Source: an archaeon (GTDB lineage: Bacteria; Gemmatimonadota; Glassbacteria; GWA2-58-10). Taken from it: 64,000 nucleotides of DNA. This document shows, piece after piece, positions 37,781 to 46,388 of the stretch (positions within the stretch are counted from its first letter, which is position 1; every line of letters starts with the position of its first letter). Location of the stretch: positions 1,683-65,682 of the forward strand of contig DATKXY010000266.1 in NCBI GenBank assembly GCA_035528795.1, given 5' to 3'. Under the pieces are notes generated by a model that searched no databases, was not told where the DNA came from, and saw only the letters and a list, made by a program, of their open reading frames with translations. The position numbers and the translations under genes are program-made.

Positions 37781-38899
37781 ATGAAAAGGAGAAATTTTAT
37801 CAGCCGCAACTTCGCTGCGGCCCTTTCAGGCGCTGCTCTGGGCGCTTCTTTTTTCGGAAAAACCAAATCTGCCGCAGCCAAACCTGCGGAGACTCCGGCG
37901 AAGGTCTCTGGCCCAGGCGGCCGGACCTTGAGAATCGGCATGGTGGAGCTTGATACCAGCCATGCGGACAGTTTCGCCAGAGCGATAGCCGAAATCGAGG
38001 GTGCCGAGCTCACGGCGGTGGTGAACCGCGGACTGGTTTACGGCAGGGAAAGAACTGACAAGTTTGTCCAGGATTATAAGATCAAGCATGTCTGCAAAGA
38101 TCCCGCGGAGATGGTTCCCCTGATTGATGTGGCTCTGGTGATCGGCGTAAACTGGGAGAACCATGTGACCGATGCCGAGCCGTTCATCCGCGCGGGCACG
38201 CCGGTGTTTGTCGATAAACCTTGCGTGGGAACAGAAAGGGATGCCGCAAAACTCCTGGATCTCGAGGTCAAATACAGAACCCCCATTTTCGGCGGCAGCA
38301 CCTATCGCTATTCGGACACTCTGACCCGGTTCAAGCGCGAATTCACTAAGCGCACTGACACTGTCGCCCTGACAGTTTACGGCAAGATCAACTCCCACGG
38401 CCGCGATGATATGCTCGATCTCATTTATTACGGCATTCACGGCACTGAGCTCATGCAGGAGCTCATGGGTCTGGGGGCGGTCAAGGTGAATTATGAGGAT
38501 TTTTACCGCAAGCAGCACATGATCCACGTGCATTACGACGACAGGCCGCTGGTGGTTCTACTGCTCGGCTGGGCGTTGAGAGAGAATGAGCTGGCCCTGC
38601 TTACTGACAAGTCGGTTGAGCGCCTCACGCCCTCTGGTGGGAATCCATACCCGCGGATCATTTCCCTGATGGCCGAAAGTATCTCCAGCCGCCGGGCCGA
38701 TCGCCCGATTTCAGAGCAGCTTGAAGCCTGCCGGATCCTGATCGCCGCAAAGAAAAGCCGGATGCTCGGCCGCCCGGTTTACCTTTCCGAGCTGGAAGAT
38801 GAGGATGGTTTCGACGGCAAAAAGTTCGGCCTGGAGTACGCCAGGTTCCGTGCGCTGCCGCAAGAAGAACAGGAAACCTGGCGCAAGAACGAGCTCTGA
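37781..38899 (+). CDS. Tat-exported Gfo/Idh/MocA-family oxidoreductase
   Basis: MKRRNF Tat signal, IGMVELDTSH, PVFVDKP, YYGIHG. Confidence 0.85.
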   Translation: MKRRNFISRNFAAALSGAALGASFFGKTKSAAAKPAETPAKVSGPGGRTLRIGMVELDTSHADSFARAIAEIEGAELTAVVNRGLVYGRERTDKFVQDYKIKHVCKDPAEMVPLIDVALVIGVNWENHVTDAEPFIRAGTPVFVDKPCVGTERDAAKLLDLEVKYRTPIFGGSTYRYSDTLTRFKREFTKRTDTVALTVYGKINSHGRDDMLDLIYYGIHGTELMQELMGLGAVKVNYEDFYRKQHMIHVHYDDRPLVVLLLGWALRENELALLTDKSVERLTPSGGNPYPRIISLMAESISSRRADRPISEQLEACRILIAAKKSRMLGRPVYLSELEDEDGFDGKKFGLEYARFRALPQEEQETWRKNEL

Positions 38900-38990
38900 T
38901 CCGTGCATGAAAGGTCAAACGGGCCCTGATTGAGGGGTGGATTATTGATCCGCTTTAGGCACCTTCACACAACCTCACAAAACACCACAA

Positions 38991-39025
38991 AAAGCCTTGA
39001 CAGATAAGGCTTTCAGCACTATATT
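38991..39025 (+). promoter_or_regulatory. Integrase promoter with an overlapping operator-like palindrome
   Basis: TTGACA(38997)-17 nt-TATATT; AAAGCCTT-N7-AAGGCTTT spans the -35 box. Confidence 0.65.
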
Positions 39026-39069
39026 TAATCATACAGCATCATTTAAAAACATCCTATTTAATCGAAAAA

Positions 39070-39090
39070 GTTTGGACAATGTTTGGACAA
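39070..39090 (+). repeat. Tandem direct repeat, candidate integrase arm-type sites
   Basis: GTTTGGACAA-T-GTTTGGACAA just upstream of the integrase. Confidence 0.55.
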
Positions 39091-39123
39091 CTTTAATCTT
39101 TTGATTTTTTAAAGAGGTATAAT

Positions 39124-40332
39124 ATGACAAATTATAAATGGCAAAAAACAGCCTATCGAGGTGTGCGGTGCCGGCTACACCCCGTAAGAAAATTTGGAGT
39201 TAATCAAGACCGTTATTTTACAATTCAATATCGTCTTGACGGTAAAACAAAAGAGGAAGGGCTAGGCTGGGCCTCGCAAGGGATGACAGCAAAAAAAGCC
39301 TCTATCTATCTTGCTAAACTTAAAGAGGCCCGGCTTACAGGAAACGGAGCGCAAACACTGAAAGAGCAGAGAGAACAGGCAAGGGCGCAGCGGGAACAGG
39401 AAAAACGGGAAGGACTTACCTTTGGAGAATTTTTTGAGCAAACATACTTTCCCCTAGCTATGGTCAATAAAACTTTCAAATCCTATAACCGGGAGCGAAT
39501 TTTTTTCAATATTTGGATACAACCTGTTATAGGAGACAAACCGTTATCCAAAATATCGCCGCTGCACCTGGAAAGAATAAAAAAAGACTTGGGCGATGCT
39601 GGCAGGGCACCGCGGACCATCCATTACTGCCTCGCAGTGATAAGGCAAATCATTAACCTGGCAAAAATTCTTAATCTATACGAGGGAGATAATCCGGTAA
39701 ACAAGGTTAAAAAGCCGCACGTAGATAACCGGCGGGTGCGCTTTCTGTCTCATGAAGAGGCGGATAGGCTCCTCCAGGACCTTGCTGGCAATCCGCAGTT
39801 CCACGACATGGCCCTGCTTAGCCTTCATACTGGCATGAGAGCCGGTGAAATATTCAAGTTGACCTGGGACTGTGTTGACCTTGAACGTGGAACCTTATTT
39901 CTGAAAGACACCAAAGGGAGCAGAAACCGAGCGGTCTATATGACTGAGCAGGTAAAGAACATGTTAATTGAGAGGAAGGGAACGGGCACCGGCTATGTTT
40001 TTAAAGACAGGAACGGCGGGAAGTTTGAAAAAACTTCCAATGTTTTTTGGAAAACTATTAAGCGGCTAAAATTTAATGAGGGTGTTACAGATACCAGGGA
40101 CAAAGTTGTTTTTCACACCTTGAGGCACACCTTCGCAAGCTGGCTTGTCGAAAGCGGAGTTGATCTGTACACGGTTAAGACACTCCTGGGCCATAGCACC
40201 CTTGCAATGACCGAAAGGTATAGCCATTTGTCTCAAGGCACGCTTCAGGAGGCCGTCAAGCGCCTCGAGCTATCAATAAAAGAAAGCAAGCAGGCGGAAG
40301 TGGTAGAGCTCGCTCAAAAACTTCAATCATAA
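39124..40332 (+). CDS. Tyrosine recombinase / phage integrase
   Basis: TGMRAGE, KDTK, HTLRH, LLGH, RYSH: catalytic set intact; N-terminal arm-binding-like region. Confidence 0.96.
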   Translation: MTNYKWQKTAYRGVRCRLHPVRKFGVNQDRYFTIQYRLDGKTKEEGLGWASQGMTAKKASIYLAKLKEARLTGNGAQTLKEQREQARAQREQEKREGLTFGEFFEQTYFPLAMVNKTFKSYNRERIFFNIWIQPVIGDKPLSKISPLHLERIKKDLGDAGRAPRTIHYCLAVIRQIINLAKILNLYEGDNPVNKVKKPHVDNRRVRFLSHEEADRLLQDLAGNPQFHDMALLSLHTGMRAGEIFKLTWDCVDLERGTLFLKDTKGSRNRAVYMTEQVKNMLIERKGTGTGYVFKDRNGGKFEKTSNVFWKTIKRLKFNEGVTDTRDKVVFHTLRHTFASWLVESGVDLYTVKTLLGHSTLAMTERYSHLSQGTLQEAVKRLELSIKESKQAEVVELAQKLQS

Positions 40333-40472
40333 GTGGTAGCTTCCTTTAGACTTCGCCCCGCTTCAAGATCGCCTGTCCTTGGCCGTTCTGAATACAACAA
40401 AAGACAGAATTCTCGCCGCAGTAGCGCTCTCGCGGCGAGAAAATGAGGGACAACGGAAAAAGGAGGTGCGCA

Positions 40473-40583
40473 ATGGGAGACAAAGGCAAAAAGGATAAGG
40501 ACAAGGGTCGGAAACAGAAGATAAAAAAACAGGAACAAAAGACACAAAAGAAGCAGGATAGGCAACCGAGCAAAGCCCCTTGA
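40473..40583 (+). CDS. 36-aa Lys-rich small protein
   Basis: Strong SD AAGGAGGT before the ATG; MGDKGKKDKDKGRKQKIKKQEQKTQKKQDRQPSKAP*. Confidence 0.65.
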   Translation: MGDKGKKDKDKGRKQKIKKQEQKTQKKQDRQPSKAP

Positions 40584-40611
40584 CAGAAAACATGAACCAA
40601 AGGAGCCTGAA

Positions 40612-41073
40612 ATGACCATCGAAGAACGCCTGGAAGTGGTGGAACGGGAACTGGCCGTCTCGCGGCGGCGCACCCGGCGTCTGTGGATAAGCCTGGGACT
40701 GGCCGGGGCGGTGTGCGCCCTGGTCTGGAGCCTTACGGCAACCACGAGTACCGCAAAGGCCCAGGAACCCGGGAAGGTCATTCGGGCCAATGCTTTTATT
40801 GTGGAAGACGAGAACGGAAAGGGCCGCGCCATGCTGAACGCCAACAAGGACGGGACGGGACTGTCGCTACGCGACGAGAACGGCCAGATACGCGCTGGGA
40901 TAGACGCCTACAAGGACGGGCCGATGCTGGGGCTATACGACGAGAACGAAAAAGTCCGCGCCGAGTTGGGCGTGGGTCAAACCGAGACGCCGGACGGCAG
41001 AATAATAACCCACCCTGAGTCTTCCCTGCGCCTGTATAAGCCTGTCGAAAAGGTTATATGGAGCGCGCCCTAA
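40612..41073 (+). CDS. Membrane-anchored beta-repeat protein, copy A
   Basis: SD AAGGAG; short coiled coil + TM segment + (L.DENG..RA.L....DG) repeats + WSAP end. Confidence 0.8.
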   Translation: MTIEERLEVVERELAVSRRRTRRLWISLGLAGAVCALVWSLTATTSTAKAQEPGKVIRANAFIVEDENGKGRAMLNANKDGTGLSLRDENGQIRAGIDAYKDGPMLGLYDENEKVRAELGVGQTETPDGRIITHPESSLRLYKPVEKVIWSAP

Positions 41074-41210
41074 AAGGATGAGAAGGACACTGGTAATGAG
41101 CGGAAAGCCATGAAAGCCGGCGGCTATTAGCTGCGGGATGTCTCTTAATTCATTCACCGGGGCCAGGGAAGGCCCCTTAACGCCTGCAAGGGCAAACAAG
41201 GGAAGAACCG

Positions 41211-41462
41211 ATGTACTATCTAATTAATCATATTGCCCCGGAGTCTGTATGGGCAGAGGGCAAAACGCCGATGCTATGTCTACAAAATTACAACCTCAAT
41301 GTCGATTCGGGAGAACAATTAAACACCGGTCAGATTTTAGCCGGTTATCGCAATAGCAAAATTATTGAATTGAATATCAATAATCAATTCAGCCTAATCT
41401 CCAGGGAAAGGCTATTTGAACATTATCCCGACATGGTGAAATATCTATCAAATAATGCTTAA
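41211..41462 (+). CDS. Hypothetical protein (AT-rich)
   Basis: 83-aa ORF bracketed by two copies of the GGCCAGGGA element. Confidence 0.5.
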   Translation: MYYLINHIAPESVWAEGKTPMLCLQNYNLNVDSGEQLNTGQILAGYRNSKIIELNINNQFSLISRERLFEHYPDMVKYLSNNA

Positions 41463-41758
41463 CCACCGGCGGCCAGGGAGGGTCACTCACTGCCCGTAAG
41501 CATTTCGAGGGGAAGGGCCAGGCGCAGGAGAGGATCATTGGCTAAAAAGTGTGAAAAATGTGGGGGATCAGTGGAGGTAATTATTAGAAAAACCAATTAC
41601 ACTCCACGGTATTGTTATCGTTGTACGAATTGCGGTCCGGTTTTAAAGAATGAAGTAGTGCCTTTCGACCAAGTGAAACTTCAATCACCCTGAGAGCCAG
41701 GGTTCGATCATTGAACCTGGGCCGCCTGGGGTCTGAACAATAACCAAAGGAACCCCAT

Positions 41759-42379
41759 ATGACCATTGAAGAACGCCTGGAAGTGGTGGAACGGGAACTG
41801 GCCGCCTCACGGCGGCGCACCAAGCGACTGTGGATAAGCCTAGGGCTGGCCGGTGTGGTGTGTGCACTGGCTTGGAGCCTTACGGCAACCACGAGTACCG
41901 CAAAGACCCAGGGAGCCGAAAAGGTCATACGAGCCAATAAGTTTATTGTGGAAGACGAGAACGGCAAGGGCCGCGCCGTACTGTCTGCCTATAAGTACGG
42001 GCCGATGCTGATGCTGATAGACGAGAACGGCCAGCCCCGCGCCGAGCTGTCTGTCCCCACGTTTGGGTCGTCGCTGTCGCTATACGAGGAGAACGGCAAG
42101 ACCCGCGCCGTGCTGGGCATCGACAAGGACGGGTCGATGCTATGGCTGGCAGACGAGAACGGCCAGCCCCGCGCCATGCTGGGTGTCTCCAAGGACGGGC
42201 CGGTGCTGTGGGATGAGAAGGGTAGACTCCGCACCGTGCTGGGCATCGACAAGACCGGGACGGGGCTGTGGCTATACGAGGAGAACGGCAAGACCCGCGC
42301 CGTGCTGGGCATCGACAAGGACGGGTCGGGGCTGTGGCTATACGACGAGAACGGTAAGGCAATATGGAGAGCGCCCTAA
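41759..42379 (+). CDS. Membrane-anchored beta-repeat protein, copy B (expanded repeats)
   Basis: Same N-terminus as copy A; about six ~22-aa repeats; WRAP end. Confidence 0.8.
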   Translation: MTIEERLEVVERELAASRRRTKRLWISLGLAGVVCALAWSLTATTSTAKTQGAEKVIRANKFIVEDENGKGRAVLSAYKYGPMLMLIDENGQPRAELSVPTFGSSLSLYEENGKTRAVLGIDKDGSMLWLADENGQPRAMLGVSKDGPVLWDEKGRLRTVLGIDKTGTGLWLYEENGKTRAVLGIDKDGSGLWLYDENGKAIWRAP

Positions 42380-42519
42380 AAGGATGAGAAGGACACCGGT
42401 AAAGAGCGGAAGGCCCTGAAAACCGATGGCTATGAGCTGCGGGATGTTTCTTAATTCATCCACCGGGGCCAGGGAAAGCCACTTACCGTTTACAGTGCAG
42501 ACAAAGTCATGTAATATCC

Positions 42520-42666
42520 ATGAATGTGAATGATATTGCTCGTGAACTGCTCCAGAGCCACCAGATGAGGCACTTAAGAGAGGCGGCTGATTTTGCTAGT
42601 GATATTATAAAACAAGCCCTAAATGAGAATCAAAGGCTTGTAAATCTAACCAGAAAAAGAAAGTGA
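42520..42666 (+). CDS. Small hypothetical protein (48 aa)
   Basis: MNVNDIARELLQSHQMRHLREAADFASDIIKQALNENQRLVNLTRKRK*; ends 10 nt before the next ORF. Confidence 0.4.
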   Translation: MNVNDIARELLQSHQMRHLREAADFASDIIKQALNENQRLVNLTRKRK

Positions 42667-42676
42667 CCTTCTAACT

Positions 42677-43507
42677 ATGAATGAAGAGCAGAAACGTATA
42701 GATGAGGCGTGGGATGCTTTTTACAAGTCTGAAGAAGCATTGAAAAATGTTAAAGCGCACCCGGAGGACTCGCCTATTAAAAAAAAGAGATTGGAGAAAT
42801 ATAAGCAAGACATACTGGTTGCTAAAGTACAGGAGTTATTGCCAAAAATTCCCACAGAAAGAATAAGAGAATTTATTACCGATTTACAAGATATTCTAAA
42901 GAACTTCGATGAAAAGACGGTGCACGCTTTTATCAATGATGTTGCTATGGCGATGAGGAATGAGATGGATATGACACCTAAAAAAGTGATAAGATTGGCA
43001 ATAAATAATATCAAAAAGTTGAATAAAAAGATTTCACAGATGAATGACGAACTGCAGGGCTTCACAGATTTCTTTAATGTAAATTATATTAAATTTTATA
43101 CTTACTTTCTTCTTTCTGATGGCATATTAGAGGCTAAAAAAGCTTACAATAGCCTTACTGAACTTCAAAAATTAGCAATCCAAATTATTAATGATAAACC
43201 AGCTAGTCCTCGTGGCCGAGAACCAGCTGAAAAGGATTCTCTTGTCCTCACAATTGCAATTTTGTTCAACGAGTTCTTTAAACGGCCTTCTACTAATCCC
43301 TTGGGCCCATTTTACAAAATAGTGCAGAAAGTCCGCGATGAACTTGGTCGGGACAGCGTTGATCCATCCAAATCAGTAAAGGCAGCTGTAGCCACTTTGA
43401 GAAAAAGGAGATTTGTCACGATTAAAGAAGAAGTAGAAGAAGAAGTAGAAGAAGAAGAAAAATCAGACTTCGAAGAGGACTATCCCCCCGACATTGTAAT
43501 CATATGA
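42677..43507 (+). CDS. Hypothetical helical protein with an acidic C-terminal tail
   Basis: 276-aa ORF; ends EEVEEEVEEEEKSDFEED. Confidence 0.7.
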   Translation: MNEEQKRIDEAWDAFYKSEEALKNVKAHPEDSPIKKKRLEKYKQDILVAKVQELLPKIPTERIREFITDLQDILKNFDEKTVHAFINDVAMAMRNEMDMTPKKVIRLAINNIKKLNKKISQMNDELQGFTDFFNVNYIKFYTYFLLSDGILEAKKAYNSLTELQKLAIQIINDKPASPRGREPAEKDSLVLTIAILFNEFFKRPSTNPLGPFYKIVQKVRDELGRDSVDPSKSVKAAVATLRKRRFVTIKEEVEEEVEEEEKSDFEEDYPPDIVII

Positions 43508-43751
43508 CATTCAATCCCACTAATGATTCTTCTCGTTTATTAGATACCAACCATCTTTAGTTTTTCCCATGTGCTATATTTTTATTCAAACTTTCCACCT
43601 ACATATTTGATTCTATCGGTCGGGTTTTTTTATGACTTTTTCTTTCAAATTTAAAAGAAAAAGTCCGTAGCGAGATGGTTTCAATCCTCATAATTTGAAT
43701 AAATGGTATTATTAAATTGAAACATAACCATTCACACACACCTTTTTCAAT

Positions 43752-44000
43752 TTGGAGGTAATAATGAGTGTTTTTGAAAAGCTCGCGTTGACCTGGCCTT
43801 CTGCAATCGTCTCGCGCAGTGAGGTCTCAAGATTTAGTGGCGGATTAATAAATCCCAGGAGCTTAGCGAATATGGACAGTTTGGGCCTGGGTCCGGCTAA
43901 CCGCTTCAGATGCGGTCGAAAAATTTGCTATCCTGTTTCTGATTTAATCGCTTGGCTGGAATCCAGAGTGACCGTGGTGAAGCCGTCGGGAAAATTCTAA
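43752..44000 (+). CDS. AlpA/excisionase-like DNA-binding protein (likely start ATG 43764)
   Basis: SRSEVSRFSGGLINPRSLANMDSLGLGP..GRKICYPVSDLIAWLE winged-helix pattern. Confidence 0.7.
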   Translation: MEVIMSVFEKLALTWPSAIVSRSEVSRFSGGLINPRSLANMDSLGLGPANRFRCGRKICYPVSDLIAWLESRVTVVKPSGKF

Positions 44001-44024
44001 ACAAGTTAAACAGCGAGCCGCGCT

Positions 44025-44588
44025 ATGGATGAAAACAAGAAATATATGTTGCCCGTCAAGGGAGATAAAAAGGGATTTAGCATTATTGAAAATGACCTGC
44101 TACGCTCACCGGCCCTCTTGAGCTTGGGGGCGAGTTCCTTAAAACTTTACTTGCTTCTGCGAAGTCATGCGATGGTAACACACCCGGTCGGGGGAAAGCC
44201 AGGTAGGGGCGGGCGCTCATGGATTGAAAATAAACTTATTTTAACCTATAAAAAGGCTGGGGAATATTTCAATCAAGGCAAGAAACAGAAAGTATCGAGC
44301 GCAACTATCTCAAGAGCTTTCCGTGAGCTTATAGAAAAGGGTCTTTTGGATGTTGATAAATGGGGACACGGAAAGTGCAAGGTGGCGAGTGTTTACAGCT
44401 TATCGACCAGGTGGAGGCTATATGGACAGCCAAGTTTTCAACAGGTAGATATAGATAAATGGCATAACATTTCTTTGGCCGGGCAGCGGGCATTGATTGC
44501 TTTCAATTCCAGCGAGAAAACGCCGGCGACCTTTTTAGACACAGTAGAAGCAGGTAAAGATAAAAGAACAAAGAAAGATACCACCTAG
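44025..44588 (+). CDS. HTH protein, putative replication initiator
   Basis: LSLGASSLKLYLLL..SSATISRAFRELIEKGLL..SVYSLS; followed by a repeat array. Confidence 0.55.
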   Translation: MDENKKYMLPVKGDKKGFSIIENDLLRSPALLSLGASSLKLYLLLRSHAMVTHPVGGKPGRGGRSWIENKLILTYKKAGEYFNQGKKQKVSSATISRAFRELIEKGLLDVDKWGHGKCKVASVYSLSTRWRLYGQPSFQQVDIDKWHNISLAGQRALIAFNSSEKTPATFLDTVEAGKDKRTKKDTT

Positions 44589-44610
44589 ACCTGGCATATT
44601 ATTAATAATG

Positions 44611-44789
44611 ATGTCAAAATCGACATTTGAGGACATAAAAAACGTGAAAACGCAAAACTACTTGAAAAGAAAAGATTTAAGCTGTTTTGGCAGCCTCGTC
44701 AAATGTCAAAAACGACATTTGGAAAAAAGGTGGAAATAGTTTTCAAATGTCAAAAACGACATCTGTCAAATGTCATGGACGCCATTTGG
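44611..44789. repeat. Four palindromic iteron-like sites, ATGTC-N6-G(A/C)CAT
   Basis: Copies start at 44611, 44703, 44747 and 44770, in an A-rich context. Confidence 0.8.
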
Positions 44790-44887
44790 AAAAAACTTTT
44801 GACCTGCCTTTCGAGGTGGGTCCAGTGCCGGGCAGTTCGTTTCCAGCGCGGCGGCGGGCTGCCTGGCCAATTTTTTTCTGAGTAAGG

Positions 44888-45253
44888 TTGAATGATAAGA
44901 AAGGAATCATTATGAATTGCTGCTTGTGCAGAGAGATGGAAAGGCAGTTCAACTTTTTTAGCGGGAAACACCAGCCGCCCAGAATACCCGAAGGGACAAA
45001 AAAGATAGTTTGCAGCAAATGTGTTCAGATACTTTTAGCCGCAACCCAGGAAGATCTCCAGAAAGCCCATCTGTTAGCCCTGGAGAAAGGATTCCAAGAT
45101 AAAGCCGATGCAATTAAATTCTTTTTTAAAGGAAGAGACGACTATGTACCAAAAGCCAGAAAGCCTGGAACGCGTGTGGCCAGAAAAAGAACTCTGCGCT
45201 CAGTTAAATCTGCCAATATCAGAAAAATCAGGGCGCAGCACCCAATTGTCTAA
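44888..45253 (+). CDS. Putative Zn-finger phage-like protein
   Basis: CCLC..CSKC. Confidence 0.55.
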   Translation: MNDKKGIIMNCCLCREMERQFNFFSGKHQPPRIPEGTKKIVCSKCVQILLAATQEDLQKAHLLALEKGFQDKADAIKFFFKGRDDYVPKARKPGTRVARKRTLRSVKSANIRKIRAQHPIV

Positions 45254-45356
45254 CTGGATAGCAGGTGGTTTGAAATGCGCTGAGAAGGCAGGGCGCCGGT
45301 ATTTTTTCGAACAGGATGTGATTGACTACTTATGGGAGAGACGAGATAAGGCTTGA
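45144..45356 (+). CDS. Xis/MerR-like winged-helix protein
   Basis: EKELCAQL..LSNWIAGGL..GRRYFFEQDVIDYL; ATG 45144 follows AAGGAAGAG. Confidence 0.55.
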   Translation: MYQKPESLERVWPEKELCAQLNLPISEKSGRSTQLSNWIAGGLKCAEKAGRRYFFEQDVIDYLWERRDKA

Positions 45357-45581
45357 GACCCTTTCAAGGCTGAGTGTAGAACGGGCTGAAATGGAATAGG
45401 ATTGAATTCAACGGGATTCAACGAGTTTAAAACGGAGTGTTTTTTCGCACCCATACCAAGTTATAGGTGATAAATAACATGAGCTATGATTCGACAAAAG
45501 ACAGCGTGCTGAAAACCTTCAAAAAGCGATGCTGGGCCGCATCCTCGCCCGGCCTTTTCTTTTGCACGTTAGAAGGATTCA

Positions 45582-45968
45582 ATGAAAAAACTAGGTCGAA
45601 AAAATAATCGTGGCGGTAGGCCACAATCTCAAATCAACTATGAAATATTAGAAGAACTTTGCTGTATCCAATGCACAGGAGAAGAAGTAGCCTCTGTCCT
45701 CAAGATTGACTATGATACGCTGAATGCAGTGTTGAAACGGGATGGCCACAAAAGTTTTTCGGAGTATTTCGAACAAAAAAAGGGAAACGGAAGAGCCTCC
45801 TTAAGACGCCGGCAATGGAAAGCGGCAATGGATGGCAATACAACAATGCTTATATTCCTGGGCAAACAATATCTCAATCAGTCCAACAAGCAAGATGTTG
45901 GCCTAACCGGGCAGATCATGTACAAGATTGAGGAAGCGAAAAAACCAAAACCGGAGACGGCACGGTGA
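45582..45968 (+). CDS. Putative terminase small subunit
   Basis: GGRP..CTGEEVASVL HTH; SLRRRQWKAAMDGNTTMLIFLGKQYLNQ motif common in phage TerS-like proteins. Confidence 0.7.
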   Translation: MKKLGRKNNRGGRPQSQINYEILEELCCIQCTGEEVASVLKIDYDTLNAVLKRDGHKSFSEYFEQKKGNGRASLRRRQWKAAMDGNTTMLIFLGKQYLNQSNKQDVGLTGQIMYKIEEAKKPKPETAR

Positions 45969-46263
45969 TAGCCTTGGCCGATAAATAGGAAACGATCCAG
46001 GAGTTACAGTATACTCCACACCCATCATTGCGGCTATTCCAAGAGTAGAGTGCGCCGCACAGGGCCATTGTTGGTGTCAGCGGTCGGAGCGCCTGGCCGG
46101 GGAAATACTTATTGAACAACCGAGAGAACAAGGGAAAAGGACAGATTTAACCTCGTTTCATGATGAAACCAGGTTACAGGAGCTTGGCATTGAAAAAACT
46201 CAGGCGCATCGCTGGCAGAAGATAGCGGCACATCAGAAAATCAACCGATATTCTCCATATTAA
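45965..46263 (+). pseudogene. Adjacent remnants: large-terminase N-terminus, then a phage methyltransferase-associated N-terminal domain
   Basis: GTGA-coupled frame reads VIALADK*ETIQELQYTPHPSLRLFQE*SAPHRAIVG. From ~46087 another frame reads ERLAGEILIEQPREQGKRTDLTS..LQELGIEKTQAHRWQKIA. Confidence 0.55.
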
Positions 46264-46388
46264 AACTGATACCGCTAAAGATAGCCTTCTTTTTCGATTC
46301 TGAGCTGAAATCTTTCGTCCTTTTGAGCATACATCGAGACATTCCCTGTGTTTCTACAGTAATTTAGCTTCATTTTTAAAATCCCAAC

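Noticed and set aside
38900-39123. tRNA or tmRNA integration target
   Set aside because: No cloverleaf or T-loop/CCA pattern was seen here or at 59.6-60.3 kb.
41943-42379. CRISPR array or DGR template/variable repeat
   Set aside because: The repeats are in-frame coding units with no unique spacers. There is no cas or reverse transcriptase gene, and the differences are not adenine-specific.
39124-42500. Classical integron
   Set aside because: The integrase lacks an evident IntI-specific insertion, and the repeats lack attC RYYYAAC/GTTRRRY ends.
45965-46050. TAG recoding (alternative genetic code) in the phage remnant
   Set aside because: Neighbouring island genes are intact in code 11 and one ends in TAG (44588). 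The frame also breaks down afterwards, so decay is the simpler explanation.
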